DNA of 64,000 bases, taken from Candidatus Terrybacteria bacterium RIFCSPHIGHO2_01_FULL_48_17. Its GTDB lineage: Bacteria > Patescibacteriota > Minisyncoccia > Terrybacterales > 2-01-FULL-58-14. The stretch covers positions 65,060-129,059 of the forward strand of contig MHSS01000002.1 in the NCBI GenBank assembly GCA_001822835.1, in the 5' to 3' direction. The position numbers and the translations under genes were made by a program. Shown here piece after piece: positions 25,700 through 35,671 of the stretch (positions within the stretch are counted from its first letter, which is position 1; the number at the start of each line of letters is the position of its first letter). The notes beneath the pieces were generated by a model that had not been told where the DNA came from, made no database searches, and saw only the letters and a list, made by a program, of their open reading frames with translations.

Positions 25700-26863
25700 A
25701 TGAAAACACTCCAAAGTATGGATGTTGGCGGCAAGCGCGTGATTGTGCGTGCCGATCTTAACGTTTCGTTCCGGGAAGATGGCGCGATCAGCGACGATTT
25801 TCGCCTTAAGGCCTTTTTGCCAACTCTTCGAACACTACAAAGCCGGGATGCGATTACTCTTGTGTTTTCGCATTTGGGGAGACCCGACGGGAAACGAGTC
25901 GAGCGTTTTGCCCTCAAGCCAGTTGCAGAAAAACTTTCCGAATTATTAGGAAAAGATATTTTGTTTATTGATGAAACGGTCGGTAAAAAAGCGAGTGCTG
26001 CAGCGCAAAACGCAAAGCCAGGTGATATTATTGTTTTTGAAAATCTTCGATTTAACCCCGGCGAAGAATCAAACGATTCCTCTTTTGCCAGGGAGCTTTC
26101 GGAACTTGGGGAGCTTTATGTAGATGACGCATTCGGGGTATGCCATCGTGCTCATGCATCGGTCGTGGGTTTGCCAAAACTTTTACCTTCCGCCGCAGGA
26201 ATGCTTTTGGTCCGGGAAATCGCCACATTAACTGCTCTTCGGGACAATCCAGAGCGGCCGCTTACGGTTATTTTAGGAGGTGCTAAAATTTCAACCAAAT
26301 TACCTATTGTCAAGCATATGTTGCCGCGTACTGATGCGCTTTGTTTGGGGGGTGCCCTTGCCAATACGGTGCTTAAAGCAAAAGGGTTTCATGTGGGAAG
26401 ATCCATGATCGAGGAAAGCATGGTTGAACAAATGAAGGAGTTGGTTCAGGACGGAAAAAAATTGCATTTGCCCAAAGACGTAGTAGTTGCCCAAGAGGCG
26501 CTTGCGAATGCTGTTGTGCGTACATGTCTGACAGGTGAGGTGCATGAACAGGAGATGATGCTTGATATTGGGCCAAAAACAGCCGAAGAGTTTATGGAAA
26601 TCGCACAGAAATCGCGAACCGTATTTTGGAATGGGCCGCTTGGCTGGACAGAAATCCCTGCTTTTGCCAAAGGTACGGAATATGTCGCAAGACGGCTTGG
26701 AGATATTGAGGGGTTTACGGTAGTTGGGGGAGGGGATATTGTCGCAGCTCTTGCCAATATGCGGTTACTCGATAAATTTAAGTTTATCTCAACGGGCGGG
26801 GGCGCCATGCTTGAATTTTTGGCAGGCAAGGAACTTCCCGGCGTTGCGGCACTTACACAGTAA
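25700..26863 (+). CDS. pgk: phosphoglycerate kinase
   Basis: N-terminal RADLNV substrate motif and the C-terminal nucleotide-binding domain; full-length 387 aa. Confidence 0.92.
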   Translation: MKTLQSMDVGGKRVIVRADLNVSFREDGAISDDFRLKAFLPTLRTLQSRDAITLVFSHLGRPDGKRVERFALKPVAEKLSELLGKDILFIDETVGKKASAAAQNAKPGDIIVFENLRFNPGEESNDSSFARELSELGELYVDDAFGVCHRAHASVVGLPKLLPSAAGMLLVREIATLTALRDNPERPLTVILGGAKISTKLPIVKHMLPRTDALCLGGALANTVLKAKGFHVGRSMIEESMVEQMKELVQDGKKLHLPKDVVVAQEALANAVVRTCLTGEVHEQEMMLDIGPKTAEEFMEIAQKSRTVFWNGPLGWTEIPAFAKGTEYVARRLGDIEGFTVVGGGDIVAALANMRLLDKFKFISTGGGAMLEFLAGKELPGVAALTQ

Positions 26864-26881
26864 ACTCTAAAGATTTTTGAT

Positions 26882-28618
26882 ATGAGACGGTTGCATCCCC
26901 AAGCACCAAAACCACGCTGGATTCTTAAACCGCAGCCGAGTGCTGCGGCTCTTCGTGTGCTTGGCAATTATCCGCCACAGTTGGCAACTCTTTTGTGGCA
27001 ACGGGGTCTTAAAACCCAAAAAACAGCTTCGGTTTTCCTAAATCCCGATTTTACGCAGCGAGCCGATCCGCGGGTTTTAAAGGATATGGAGAAGGCAGTT
27101 GAGCGTCTCGCGCGGGCGCAGAAACACCATGAGCGCGTTTTTGTCGCGGGAGATTTAGATCACGACGGCATTTGTGGCGCCGTTTTACTCTCAGGGTTTT
27201 TTAAAGACATGGGATTGGCCCACGAGGCCTATATGCCTTCGGAGGAGGAGGGACACGAGTTAAGCTATGTTGCAGTAGAGCGTGCAGAAAAATTTGGCGC
27301 AACACTTCTGATAACAGTCGATTTTGGCGTTTCCAGTAAATCGGCAATCGCATGGGCGCGACGCAAAGGTATGGATGTTATAATTTTGGATCATCATATG
27401 CTACCTCAAGACCTCCCAGAGGCGTATGCAATAATTGATCCTCGGTATCTTGGTACGCCAACCCCGTTGAGTTATCTGTGCGGAGCAGGCGTTGCGTTTG
27501 CCTTTGTCGATGCTTGTGCGCGTGGGGGAATACTGCCCCAAAAAATTCGCGACCAAAACTCCTATTTACGCAGTTTTCTTGATCTTGTTGCTATGGCCAC
27601 GATTGGAGATTTGGTACCGCTTCAGGGCGACAACAGGAGTTTCGTGCGCGAGGGTCTTACGGTATTGGGGGAGCGGAAACGCATTGGTGTTGCAGCGTTA
27701 TGCGGGATCGCACGTTTAAAAGAGGTTGTGGGGGAGGACGATGTGGCATTTTTGCTTGTGCCGCCTCTCAACGCTGCGCGACGTTTGGGAAATGCATCTT
27801 TGGCGTATGATCTTTTGCGTGTTCGTACTGTAAAGTCCGCAGAGAAACTTGCGCGCAGCATCGGTCGTGCAAATGCCGCAAGACAAACCGCTGCAAAACG
27901 TTTCATTAAAGAGGCCATGGAAAAAATCGAGCGTGAAAACGAAATCCCTTGGGTAATTATTATCGGTGATGCATCGTGGCCAATGTCGTATTTGTCCATC
28001 CTTGCTTCGCGCATTAAAGATCGCTATCACCGGCCGGTGTTTGTATGGTCGCGGCACCCCGAAGGTTTTTTGCGGATGTCCTCACGTTCGATTCCCGCGT
28101 TTGATCTTGTAGATGCTATGCAAAAATGTGGCGGTGGAGATTTTTTCAAAAAATACGGCGGACATCCGCAAGCAGCCGGTGGAGATTTTGAGGCAAACAA
28201 ATTTGTGGAATTTGAACGGCGTATGATTGCGCACGCAAAAACCTTGCTTTCGCCTGAGAATTTAATGCCCACTATCGAGATTGACCTTGAACTTAAAGGA
28301 CATGAGCTTGGGCCCGAACTTTCCAAAAGTTTTGAACCGCTGGCTCCCTTTGGCAAGGAGAACCCTCGTCCGCGCGTAGCGGTGCGTCAGCTCCGGGTTA
28401 TTTCTGTAGGAAAGCCGACGAAAGGATGGTTTGGAAAAATTTCTGTTGTCCCCGAAAACGGCGGACGGCTAATAACAGTATTTGCCGAACAAGATCACCC
28501 CGCATTTAATTTTCGACAGGGAGATATAATCGATATGGTGATTGAATATTCGCGCCTCTTTGGCATGTCGGCCGATAAAACCGCGCTTGCGATTCTTGTC
28601 GATGCCCACCTTCACTGA
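26882..28618 (+). CDS. recJ: single-stranded-DNA-specific exonuclease RecJ
   Basis: DHH motif (DLDHDGICGA), DHHA1-like region (GGHPQAAG), C-terminal OB-like domain. Confidence 0.85.
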   Translation: MRRLHPQAPKPRWILKPQPSAAALRVLGNYPPQLATLLWQRGLKTQKTASVFLNPDFTQRADPRVLKDMEKAVERLARAQKHHERVFVAGDLDHDGICGAVLLSGFFKDMGLAHEAYMPSEEEGHELSYVAVERAEKFGATLLITVDFGVSSKSAIAWARRKGMDVIILDHHMLPQDLPEAYAIIDPRYLGTPTPLSYLCGAGVAFAFVDACARGGILPQKIRDQNSYLRSFLDLVAMATIGDLVPLQGDNRSFVREGLTVLGERKRIGVAALCGIARLKEVVGEDDVAFLLVPPLNAARRLGNASLAYDLLRVRTVKSAEKLARSIGRANAARQTAAKRFIKEAMEKIERENEIPWVIIIGDASWPMSYLSILASRIKDRYHRPVFVWSRHPEGFLRMSSRSIPAFDLVDAMQKCGGGDFFKKYGGHPQAAGGDFEANKFVEFERRMIAHAKTLLSPENLMPTIEIDLELKGHELGPELSKSFEPLAPFGKENPRPRVAVRQLRVISVGKPTKGWFGKISVVPENGGRLITVFAEQDHPAFNFRQGDIIDMVIEYSRLFGMSADKTALAILVDAHLH

Positions 28619-28700
28619 AGTTTCGGCGAGCAAGCCGGATGGCATATAATGTTTCACCAAACGGGCGAATCTGTATTATATTCGTGTTATAATAATTATA

Positions 28701-29294
28701 ATGACCACTCATCCTAAAGAAGAAAAAACACTGCTTATTATAAAGCCCGATGCGGTAAGGCGTGGCTTGATTGGGGAAATAATAAAACGCGTTGAGGTGC
28801 GAGGACTTAAAATTGTTGCCCTACGCATGTTTTGGGCAAAACCCGAGGATATGGACCGACATTATCCTAAGGATCAAACATGGATTAGGCGCTTGGGCGA
28901 AAAAACGCTTACTACCTACGAAAAATATGGATATGACGCCAAAAAAGAACTGGGAACTACTGATGTTTTAGAAATTGGTACACAGGTGCGAGGATGGCTG
29001 ATTTCGTTTATGACAGCCGGTCCCTTGGTGAAAATGATTGTTCAAGGAGTACACGCGGTTGATATGGTGCGAAAACTTGTCGGTCAAACCATGCCCGCGA
29101 TGGCGGAAATGGGAACTATCCGCGGAGATTATTCGGTTGATTCTGCTGCTGCGGCAAATCAAGACAAAAGAGCGGTTCGTAATTTAGTTCACGCATCCGA
29201 AACGCCCGATGAGGCGGCAAATGAGATTGGGCTTTGGTTTTCCAAAAACGAAATATTCGAGTATCCGCGGTCCGACGAAGATGCCATTTGGTAA
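28701..29294 (+). CDS. ndk: nucleoside diphosphate kinase (with internal insertion)
   Basis: LLIIKPDAVRRGLIGEII N-terminus, active-site His region (NLVHASE); about 50-aa insertion relative to canonical NDK. Confidence 0.8.
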   Translation: MTTHPKEEKTLLIIKPDAVRRGLIGEIIKRVEVRGLKIVALRMFWAKPEDMDRHYPKDQTWIRRLGEKTLTTYEKYGYDAKKELGTTDVLEIGTQVRGWLISFMTAGPLVKMIVQGVHAVDMVRKLVGQTMPAMAEMGTIRGDYSVDSAAAANQDKRAVRNLVHASETPDEAANEIGLWFSKNEIFEYPRSDEDAIW

Positions 29295-29305
29295 TCTTGT
29301 GGTCC

Positions 29306-30514
29306 ATGGAACTTTCTTCTGTCTTTAATTTCACATGGAATTGGTATGCGGTACCTTCTTTTATCGGTGCCCTAGTTAATATTGTCCTTGGAATATACAT
29401 ATATCTAAAACCTCGCCAGCGGGATATGGCGAGTGTTTTGTTTATGTTTTTTGTGGCGTGTCTTGCGTTGTGGGCATTTGACGAAGGATTAACCCGGCTT
29501 GCCGCGACCGAAGATGCCACGCGATTCTGGGCGAATCGCGCCTCGACCGGCTGGATTTTTATGGCACCAATCTTTTTCCATTTCGCTTTGGCGCTCACAC
29601 GGCGCGAGAAAATAGCACAAAATCCAGCGGTCATTGCTGCCCTTTATTTTCCTGCCGCAATTTTTTATTTTATAAATCTCTCAACAACTCTTTTGTTGAA
29701 TGAACATTACAAACAGGTCCCCTGGGGATGGGATAATAGTCCTCCTACGCCATTATTTAATTTAGTTTTTTCGCCGTGGCTTGAGTTTTTCTTTATCGCG
29801 TCCATCATACTTTTTCTTCGGGAAAGGGCTCGAAAAACTGCGACCTACGACGAGAAACGCCGCGCATCGCTTATCGCAGCCGGCCTTTTCGTCCCCCTGT
29901 TTACGGGAACGATTTCACAGATTATTCTCCCAGCACTGGGTATTGAAATTGTGGGCCTTACCACGACCTTTATGCCGGTGTTGGCTCTTTCGGTTTTTAT
30001 TGCCATTGTGCGCCATCGTCTTTTCATCGTGACGCCCTCATTGGCCCTGGATACGGTTTTGGAAACCATGAATGATGCTATTGTAGTTACCGATACGATC
30101 GGAAGGATCCAATTTATCAATAAAACCGCAGAGACCCTTTTCTTCTGGAAGAACGACGATATTGCAGGATACGATCTTTCGATTTTGTTTCCTTCCAATA
30201 CCAATCATCATAGTCGATTTGTGACCGATTCGGTTTCGCGTCTCATGCAGGGCGAGTTTGTGGACGATTTTGAAACAATATTTGTGGATAGCCAGAACCG
30301 TCAAATTCCCGTAACCATTTCTGCAGCCCCTGTTCAGTTTTCTGAGGAGGGATTTGAGCCCGCAGGTTTTGTGCTTGTTGCGCACGATACAAGAGAACTG
30401 CAGCTTCTTACGGGAAAACTTAAGCGCATTAACGATGCTTTGCGTGCCGCCAAGGGGGGCCTTGAATCGGAACTCGGTGTACTCATGCGGGGAAAACTCA
30501 AAGGCACACCATAA
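29306..30514 (+). CDS. membrane sensor-like protein: N-terminal about 7TM domain + cytoplasmic PAS domain, no output domain
   Basis: Hydrophobic N-terminal about 260 aa with W/F-rich helices; PAS fold (LETMNDAIVVTD...GRIQFINKTAE); ends in a short coiled coil. Confidence 0.65.
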   Translation: MELSSVFNFTWNWYAVPSFIGALVNIVLGIYIYLKPRQRDMASVLFMFFVACLALWAFDEGLTRLAATEDATRFWANRASTGWIFMAPIFFHFALALTRREKIAQNPAVIAALYFPAAIFYFINLSTTLLLNEHYKQVPWGWDNSPPTPLFNLVFSPWLEFFFIASIILFLRERARKTATYDEKRRASLIAAGLFVPLFTGTISQIILPALGIEIVGLTTTFMPVLALSVFIAIVRHRLFIVTPSLALDTVLETMNDAIVVTDTIGRIQFINKTAETLFFWKNDDIAGYDLSILFPSNTNHHSRFVTDSVSRLMQGEFVDDFETIFVDSQNRQIPVTISAAPVQFSEEGFEPAGFVLVAHDTRELQLLTGKLKRINDALRAAKGGLESELGVLMRGKLKGTP

Positions 30515-30526
30515 TCTCTGCTTTTT

Positions 30527-31729
30527 ATGTTTTATACCGACCTTTCGTCTTTAACAGATCTTGCATGGAATCCGTATGCGTTGATGTCGTTTATTCCGGC
30601 GCTTTTAATGTTTGGCCTGGCATGGTATTTGCTACTATGGTTTCGGCAGCGGCCAGGCAACATTTTCTATATCCTTTTGCTTGCGTTTTTGGGAATTTGG
30701 TCATTTACCGAAGGGATGTCCCGCTTAAGCGGAAATGCGGAGGCCGCTTCATTTTGGATTAAAGCATCAGCAATCGGATTTTGTTTTGCCATTCCGTTTT
30801 ATGCGCATTTTGCATTGTTTTATACAAGACGCGAAAAAACCGCAAGCCATCCTTTAACATATCTTTCGTTTTATTTCCCCGCACTCCTTTTTTATTTTAT
30901 AGCTATGCAAACTACGTTAATCGTTGATCCGGCAACATATGAATTGACCCCTTGGGGATGGGCTGGCATGCCTCCGCCATTTGTTCTTTTTGTTTTTACT
31001 CCCTGGTTATGGGTGCTTGGCACTCTTGTCTTCTTTCTGTTTTTGTGGGAATTTCGAAGACATGGCTTAAGCTCGAATGAGAAAAAAGTGTTGGGAGCCG
31101 CATTACTTGCAACCGCATTTCCGTTTATCGCTGGAACCATCACGCAAATCGTGCTGCCAGCTTTTGAAATCAAAATCCTTCCTCCTATGGTTACCGCTTC
31201 GTTGGTGGTGCTTGCCGCGATTCTCTTTCTGCAGGTGATGCGCTGGAAGATGTTTGGGATTACGCCTTCTCTGGCGCGACAATCGATTCTCTCTGCTATG
31301 GCAGATGGGGTTATTATTACGGATAATAGCGGGAGAATTCAGTATGTAAACCGCGCAGCCGAAAAACTCTCGGATATTCCCGAAGAAGGTTTGAAAGGAA
31401 ACGATCTTTCGGTTTTGTTTCCACGGGAAGGCATTTCCTACGAGCGTTTTGTAAGTGCCCTCCTTGCTCAAGTAAAGGCGGGCAAACGCATGAATAGTTT
31501 CGAAGGAGAATTTTTGGGAAAAGAGGGGACGCACATTCCCGTGCTCATTTCGGGTGCCGGGGTTGTCTTGGAAGAGAGCGGGGGGCGCGAAACAGTTGGT
31601 ATGGTGTTTGTGGTACACGATAATCGCAAGGCCACATCCGTTTTGCAGGAACTTGAGGCAAAAAGCCATGAGTTAGCAACCGTCGAGAAGCGGCTTCGGG
31701 AACAACTGAAGGGAGCCGCGCAAGCATAG
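30527..31729 (+). CDS. paralogous 7TM + PAS membrane sensor-like protein
   Basis: Same architecture and alignable to 29306-30514 (ILSAMADGVIITDNSGRIQYVNRAAE); tandem duplicate. Confidence 0.65.
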   Translation: MFYTDLSSLTDLAWNPYALMSFIPALLMFGLAWYLLLWFRQRPGNIFYILLLAFLGIWSFTEGMSRLSGNAEAASFWIKASAIGFCFAIPFYAHFALFYTRREKTASHPLTYLSFYFPALLFYFIAMQTTLIVDPATYELTPWGWAGMPPPFVLFVFTPWLWVLGTLVFFLFLWEFRRHGLSSNEKKVLGAALLATAFPFIAGTITQIVLPAFEIKILPPMVTASLVVLAAILFLQVMRWKMFGITPSLARQSILSAMADGVIITDNSGRIQYVNRAAEKLSDIPEEGLKGNDLSVLFPREGISYERFVSALLAQVKAGKRMNSFEGEFLGKEGTHIPVLISGAGVVLEESGGRETVGMVFVVHDNRKATSVLQELEAKSHELATVEKRLREQLKGAAQA

Positions 31730-31784
31730 CCGTCGCGCACAAGGCCGGCGGTTTGTCATATATATTGAATTGCCTGGCGTGTTT

Positions 31785-32984
31785 TTAGACCCCAAATCCA
31801 GGTTTTGCGATTGGCAAAAGAACCGTAAACGTAGAACCCTTCCCTTCTTCTGAAATAACATTGACGTCGCCTCCATGCATGCGGGCGATATTTTTTGAAA
31901 TAAATAATCCCATTCCCGTTCCCTCGGTTTGCATGCGAATAACGTTTTCTGCCCGGAAGAACTTTGTAAAAAGCCGCGGAAGATCCTCTTTAGGGATACC
32001 AACGCCCGTATCCATAACTTCCACTTTTACGCTCCCTTCCTCTTTGAAGGCACGTATCGTAATAGTCCCTCCTGGTGGCGTATAGTTTACCGCATTGGCC
32101 AAAAGATTCGAAAAAATCATAGATATGCGTTGGGCATCAAGGTATAGTTTTGGAAGTGGCTCTTCCGGTTTTTCATAGCGAACCGTAATGCGTTTTTGTA
32201 ATGCAGTTTGTTCTGTCTGTTTCACCTCTGCTTCAAGAATTGGTTCAAGTTGCGTAGGTTGCAGAGAATACCCGAACCTTCCCTCTTCGATGCGCGATGC
32301 GTCCAGCAAATCCGAAACGAGTTTAATCATTCGTTCATTCGATTCGTAGCCGCGTCCAAGAAATTCCTGCTGTTCGGAACTAAGTTGTCCCAAGTCGCCG
32401 TCAAGCGCCATGCGAAACGTCCATTTAATAGTTGAAAGGGGGGTGCGTAGCTGATGAGCCGCAATGGAGATAAATTCTGATTTAAGTTTCGCAAGTTCGT
32501 GTTCACGTTCTTGTGTTTCCATAAAGTTTTGCACAAGCTGATTGAACGAACGCCCCAGCTGCGCAAGCTCATCCTGGCCTGGGATGACAAGTTGTATCGG
32601 CTTTCCGCCATGGCTCATCCATTGGATTGCAGCAAGCATCCTGCGAACAGGACTCACCACGATTCTCGCGATAAGAAGCGCGGTAAGAATTGCGGAAAGC
32701 GACGCAATAAAGGCAATTATGGTAAATTCTGCTGTCTGTCTGCTTGTGGTTTCTGCCAAAAATATGGCCGCATCGTTTGATGAAGAAGTTCCGATGTTTG
32801 TAGTAAGGCGCTCTAATTGTATGCGTTCAAGGATAATCATTCCCACAAGTCCTATGGTAATAGGAAAGATGAGTACAACGAAAAAGAGCGATAGGATTTT
32901 TGCGCCAAGATTTATGCGCACCCGAGATACTCCAAGTTTCGTTTCTGGGGATTGTTCAACGGTTTTATAGGATGATTGGGCCAT
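31785..32984 (-). CDS. sensor histidine kinase (TM-HAMP-HisKA-HATPase_c)
   Basis: H-box (AAHQLRTPL), N/G1/G2 boxes (NLLANAVNYT, DTGVGI, GTGMGL); two N-terminal TM helices. Confidence 0.85.
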   Translation of the reverse strand: MAQSSYKTVEQSPETKLGVSRVRINLGAKILSLFFVVLIFPITIGLVGMIILERIQLERLTTNIGTSSSNDAAIFLAETTSRQTAEFTIIAFIASLSAILTALLIARIVVSPVRRMLAAIQWMSHGGKPIQLVIPGQDELAQLGRSFNQLVQNFMETQEREHELAKLKSEFISIAAHQLRTPLSTIKWTFRMALDGDLGQLSSEQQEFLGRGYESNERMIKLVSDLLDASRIEEGRFGYSLQPTQLEPILEAEVKQTEQTALQKRITVRYEKPEEPLPKLYLDAQRISMIFSNLLANAVNYTPPGGTITIRAFKEEGSVKVEVMDTGVGIPKEDLPRLFTKFFRAENVIRMQTEGTGMGLFISKNIARMHGGDVNVISEEGKGSTFTVLLPIAKPGFGV

Positions 32985-33003
32985 ACGTTTAGTGTAGCGC
33001 GGG

Positions 33004-33050
33004 AATTTGCGAAAGCAAAGAAAGTTCCCGCAGATCTTTATCTGCGGGAA
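33004..33050 (-). terminator. rho-independent terminator downstream of the minus-strand NUDIX/GT operon (TTCCCGCAGAT-loop-ATCTGCGGGAA)
   Basis: Perfect 11-bp stem just 3' of the NUDIX stop (minus strand), followed by a T-rich tract on the minus strand. Confidence 0.5.
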
Positions 33051-33057
33051 TAGTTAT

Positions 33058-33483
33058 TTATAGACGATCTTCAAATAGTGCAAAGCGTTTAAAATGACTT
33101 TGGTACATATTGGGCGGGAGCTCTTCGATGGGAAACCATTGTGCATCTAGGATATCGTCGCCGGCCCTAAGTTTCAGTCGCTCATAGACAATTGCCAAAA
33201 AAATAATGACTTCGTGGTCGTTGGTCCCGGCCTCCCTATGTGCGGCCTGAAAAACTGATGGGTCAAGCTCCACGGTTGCTTCTTCGCGCCCTTCTCGTTG
33301 CGCGGTCTCCAAGGGTTTTTCACCTTTTCGCGCGCGACCTCCAATCATTCCCCATTTGCTTGGTTTTTGGATACCCGGCGCCGGCATGCTTTCAGGATTA
33401 AGCACGAGCGCTGTTTCGTATTTGCCCTTTGGGCTTTGGTAGAGGAGCGCGATAAAAACCGATCGCGATAGCGGTTTTGTCAC
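33058..33483 (-). CDS. NUDIX hydrolase
   Basis: Nudix box GGRARKGEKPLETAQREGREEATV (Gx5Ex7REUxEExGU). Confidence 0.8.
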   Translation of the reverse strand: MTKPLSRSVFIALLYQSPKGKYETALVLNPESMPAPGIQKPSKWGMIGGRARKGEKPLETAQREGREEATVELDPSVFQAAHREAGTNDHEVIIFLAIVYERLKLRAGDDILDAQWFPIEELPPNMYQSHFKRFALFEDRL

Positions 33484-33518
33484 TTCTGCTGTGCCTCCGT
33501 TTTTGATTTTGTAGTATT

Positions 33519-34610
33519 CTACGCCTTTTTGTTTATAATGTCAAGAAACAGTTGTTCGTAGCCGTCCACCATCTTTTCTACCGTAAAATATTCCTCTACG
33601 TGTTTTCGGCACGCCCTACGATCAATTTGGTCAATTTTTTTCATAGCGTCGGCCATTTCCTCAACCGTATCTACAATAAATCCAGTCACTCCGTCTTTCA
33701 CCACTTCAGGTACCGATCCACGACGGAATGCGATTACTGGGGTTCCGCAGGCCATCGCCTCAATCATGGTAAGCCCAAATGGTTCTTCCCATCGAATAGG
33801 GATCAGTACGGCCCGGGCTTTTTGGTAGAAGCGAACAGTTTCCGAATAGGGGACAAGACCTTCGCTGCGAATCTGATTGCCATCAAGGAAGGGTTCGATG
33901 CGGGTATTCCAATAGTCATCTTTTCCCTGTCCCCCCACAATGCGAAGAGATTGTTTGCAAAGTCGTGCCGCCTCTATAGCTTCTGCCGTTCCCTTGTCTT
34001 TATTTATGCGACCGATGAAGAGGAAAAAATCTTCTGGGGTTTGGGAAAAAGGAAATTTTTCTATATCAATGCCGTTATATACTGTTTCTATCCAATGAAG
34101 ATTTTGCGCAGGTTTTCGTTGCGCATCGCTGATGGAAACAAGGTATTGGGGGGAATCTTTGAAGAGTCCAAAAGCTTTTTCATGCCAACTATATACCGGA
34201 GTATGAAGAGTATATATAGTTGGCGTCTTAGCAACAAAACCTAACGGAAGACCTCGATCAAGGGCATGGGCGTGAATTACATCAAATGGCTTGTCACGAT
34301 CCATTTTGTAGAGTTCCGCGAAAAGGCGTTGATCCCATAGATTAATGATTTTTTCCCGTTCGGTATGCCGAATATCCTCTGCCTGATAAATTTCCGGTTC
34401 TTGCGGGTAATTTTTATGAAACGGCTCAAGCTCTGCAGTAACAATAGTAGTTCCCTCAAGTCGCGAGCCATTGGGAGTAAAGAACGTAACTTCATGGCCG
34501 CGTTGCGCAAGTCCTTTATTGATCATCATGGCCATCCATATGGGGGCATACACGACCGAAGGTGGGGGCGGGGCGGGAAAGGCGGCAGTAACAATTGAAG
34601 CAATGCGCAT
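33519..34610 (-). CDS. glycosyltransferase family 4 (GT-B)
   Basis: EPFGLTMIEAMACGTPVIA...GSVPEVV...GFIV C-terminal GT4 signature. Confidence 0.85.
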   Translation of the reverse strand: MRIASIVTAAFPAPPPPSVVYAPIWMAMMINKGLAQRGHEVTFFTPNGSRLEGTTIVTAELEPFHKNYPQEPEIYQAEDIRHTEREKIINLWDQRLFAELYKMDRDKPFDVIHAHALDRGLPLGFVAKTPTIYTLHTPVYSWHEKAFGLFKDSPQYLVSISDAQRKPAQNLHWIETVYNGIDIEKFPFSQTPEDFFLFIGRINKDKGTAEAIEAARLCKQSLRIVGGQGKDDYWNTRIEPFLDGNQIRSEGLVPYSETVRFYQKARAVLIPIRWEEPFGLTMIEAMACGTPVIAFRRGSVPEVVKDGVTGFIVDTVEEMADAMKKIDQIDRRACRKHVEEYFTVEKMVDGYEQLFLDIINKKA

Positions 34611-34615
34611 ATCCT

Positions 34616-35671
34616 TTATTTTCTTCTTAAAATTTTGTAGTAGAGACGTTCATATGCCTCCACCATTCGTTCTTTTGAAAACATTCGTTCTACCCATCGA
34701 CGGCACATGTTTCTGTCAATCTCGTTGATGCGCGTCATCGCCGCCACTATTCCTGGAATGTTTTTGACAAGAAAACCGGTTTTCCCCTGAAGGACAAGTT
34801 CTGGCACTGATCCTCGAGGATATCCGATTATCGGCGTTCCGCACGCCATGGCTTCGGTCATGACAAGCCCAAATGGCTCATTCCATTCGATTGGGTAAAG
34901 AAGCGCGCGCGCACCGCCATAGAAAGCAGAGAGTTCGTGCTCGGGAATTTCTCCGATGTATTGTATTTTTCTTGATAGATGGGGCTTGATCGCTTTCCGA
35001 AAATAGTCGCGTTGCGTTGGGTCAAGTCGCCCCGCCAACAGTAATTTTTCGCCTGCACGTTCGCATGCAGCGATCGCGTTTTCGATCCCTTTGTGTTTAT
35101 TGATGCGCGCAATCCATGCAAAATAATCTTTCGGCCTTGAAGAAAAATAAAGATGTGCAAGATCGTTTCCGTTATAAATTACCCAGCTTTTGGGAAAGTG
35201 GACTTTTGCAATAGCGCGCTCGGATTTGCTGATAAATACCGCGTTGGTGCTGTGGCGATAGACACGGAAAAGCGAAAGCCGATCATCTAATCCGCGGGCT
35301 TCTCGGTAGAGTTGATTATGAAACGTGTGAACAGTTGGCGTTGCCGTAAGCTCTTGAAAAAAAAGTGTCCACAAATCAAGATGCGAGTGGATAATATCAA
35401 ATTGATGAGATTTCCCATAAACCGCGCTGAGATTCCGTAGATTCCACAGTGGATTTTGCCACTGAATACCTTCGGCAATGAGAGGTTTTGGGTATACGCT
35501 TACCAACTTCGCGCGCGTTTTTGAACCTGGCGCTGCAAAAAGCGTCACCTCATGACCATGTTCTATAAGTCCATCGCAGAGCCACGCAATAATGCGTTCA
35601 ATCCCGCCATATTTTTTTGGGGGGATGGTAAACCATAGGGGCGCAATTTGTGCGATGCGTAATTTTTTCAT
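34616..35671 (-). CDS. glycosyltransferase family 4 (paralog)
   Basis: EPFGLVMTEAMACGTPIIG signature; tandem with its neighbours. Confidence 0.85.
   Translation of the reverse strand: MKKLRIAQIAPLWFTIPPKKYGGIERIIAWLCDGLIEHGHEVTLFAAPGSKTRAKLVSVYPKPLIAEGIQWQNPLWNLRNLSAVYGKSHQFDIIHSHLDLWTLFFQELTATPTVHTFHNQLYREARGLDDRLSLFRVYRHSTNAVFISKSERAIAKVHFPKSWVIYNGNDLAHLYFSSRPKDYFAWIARINKHKGIENAIAACERAGEKLLLAGRLDPTQRDYFRKAIKPHLSRKIQYIGEIPEHELSAFYGGARALLYPIEWNEPFGLVMTEAMACGTPIIGYPRGSVPELVLQGKTGFLVKNIPGIVAAMTRINEIDRNMCRRWVERMFSKERMVEAYERLYYKILRRK

Noticed and set aside
25504-25917. 137-aa minus-strand ORF overlapping the pgk 5' end
   Set aside because: Overlaps pgk and the small zinc-ribbon ORF on the plus strand. 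Low-complexity hydrophobic translation; likely spurious.
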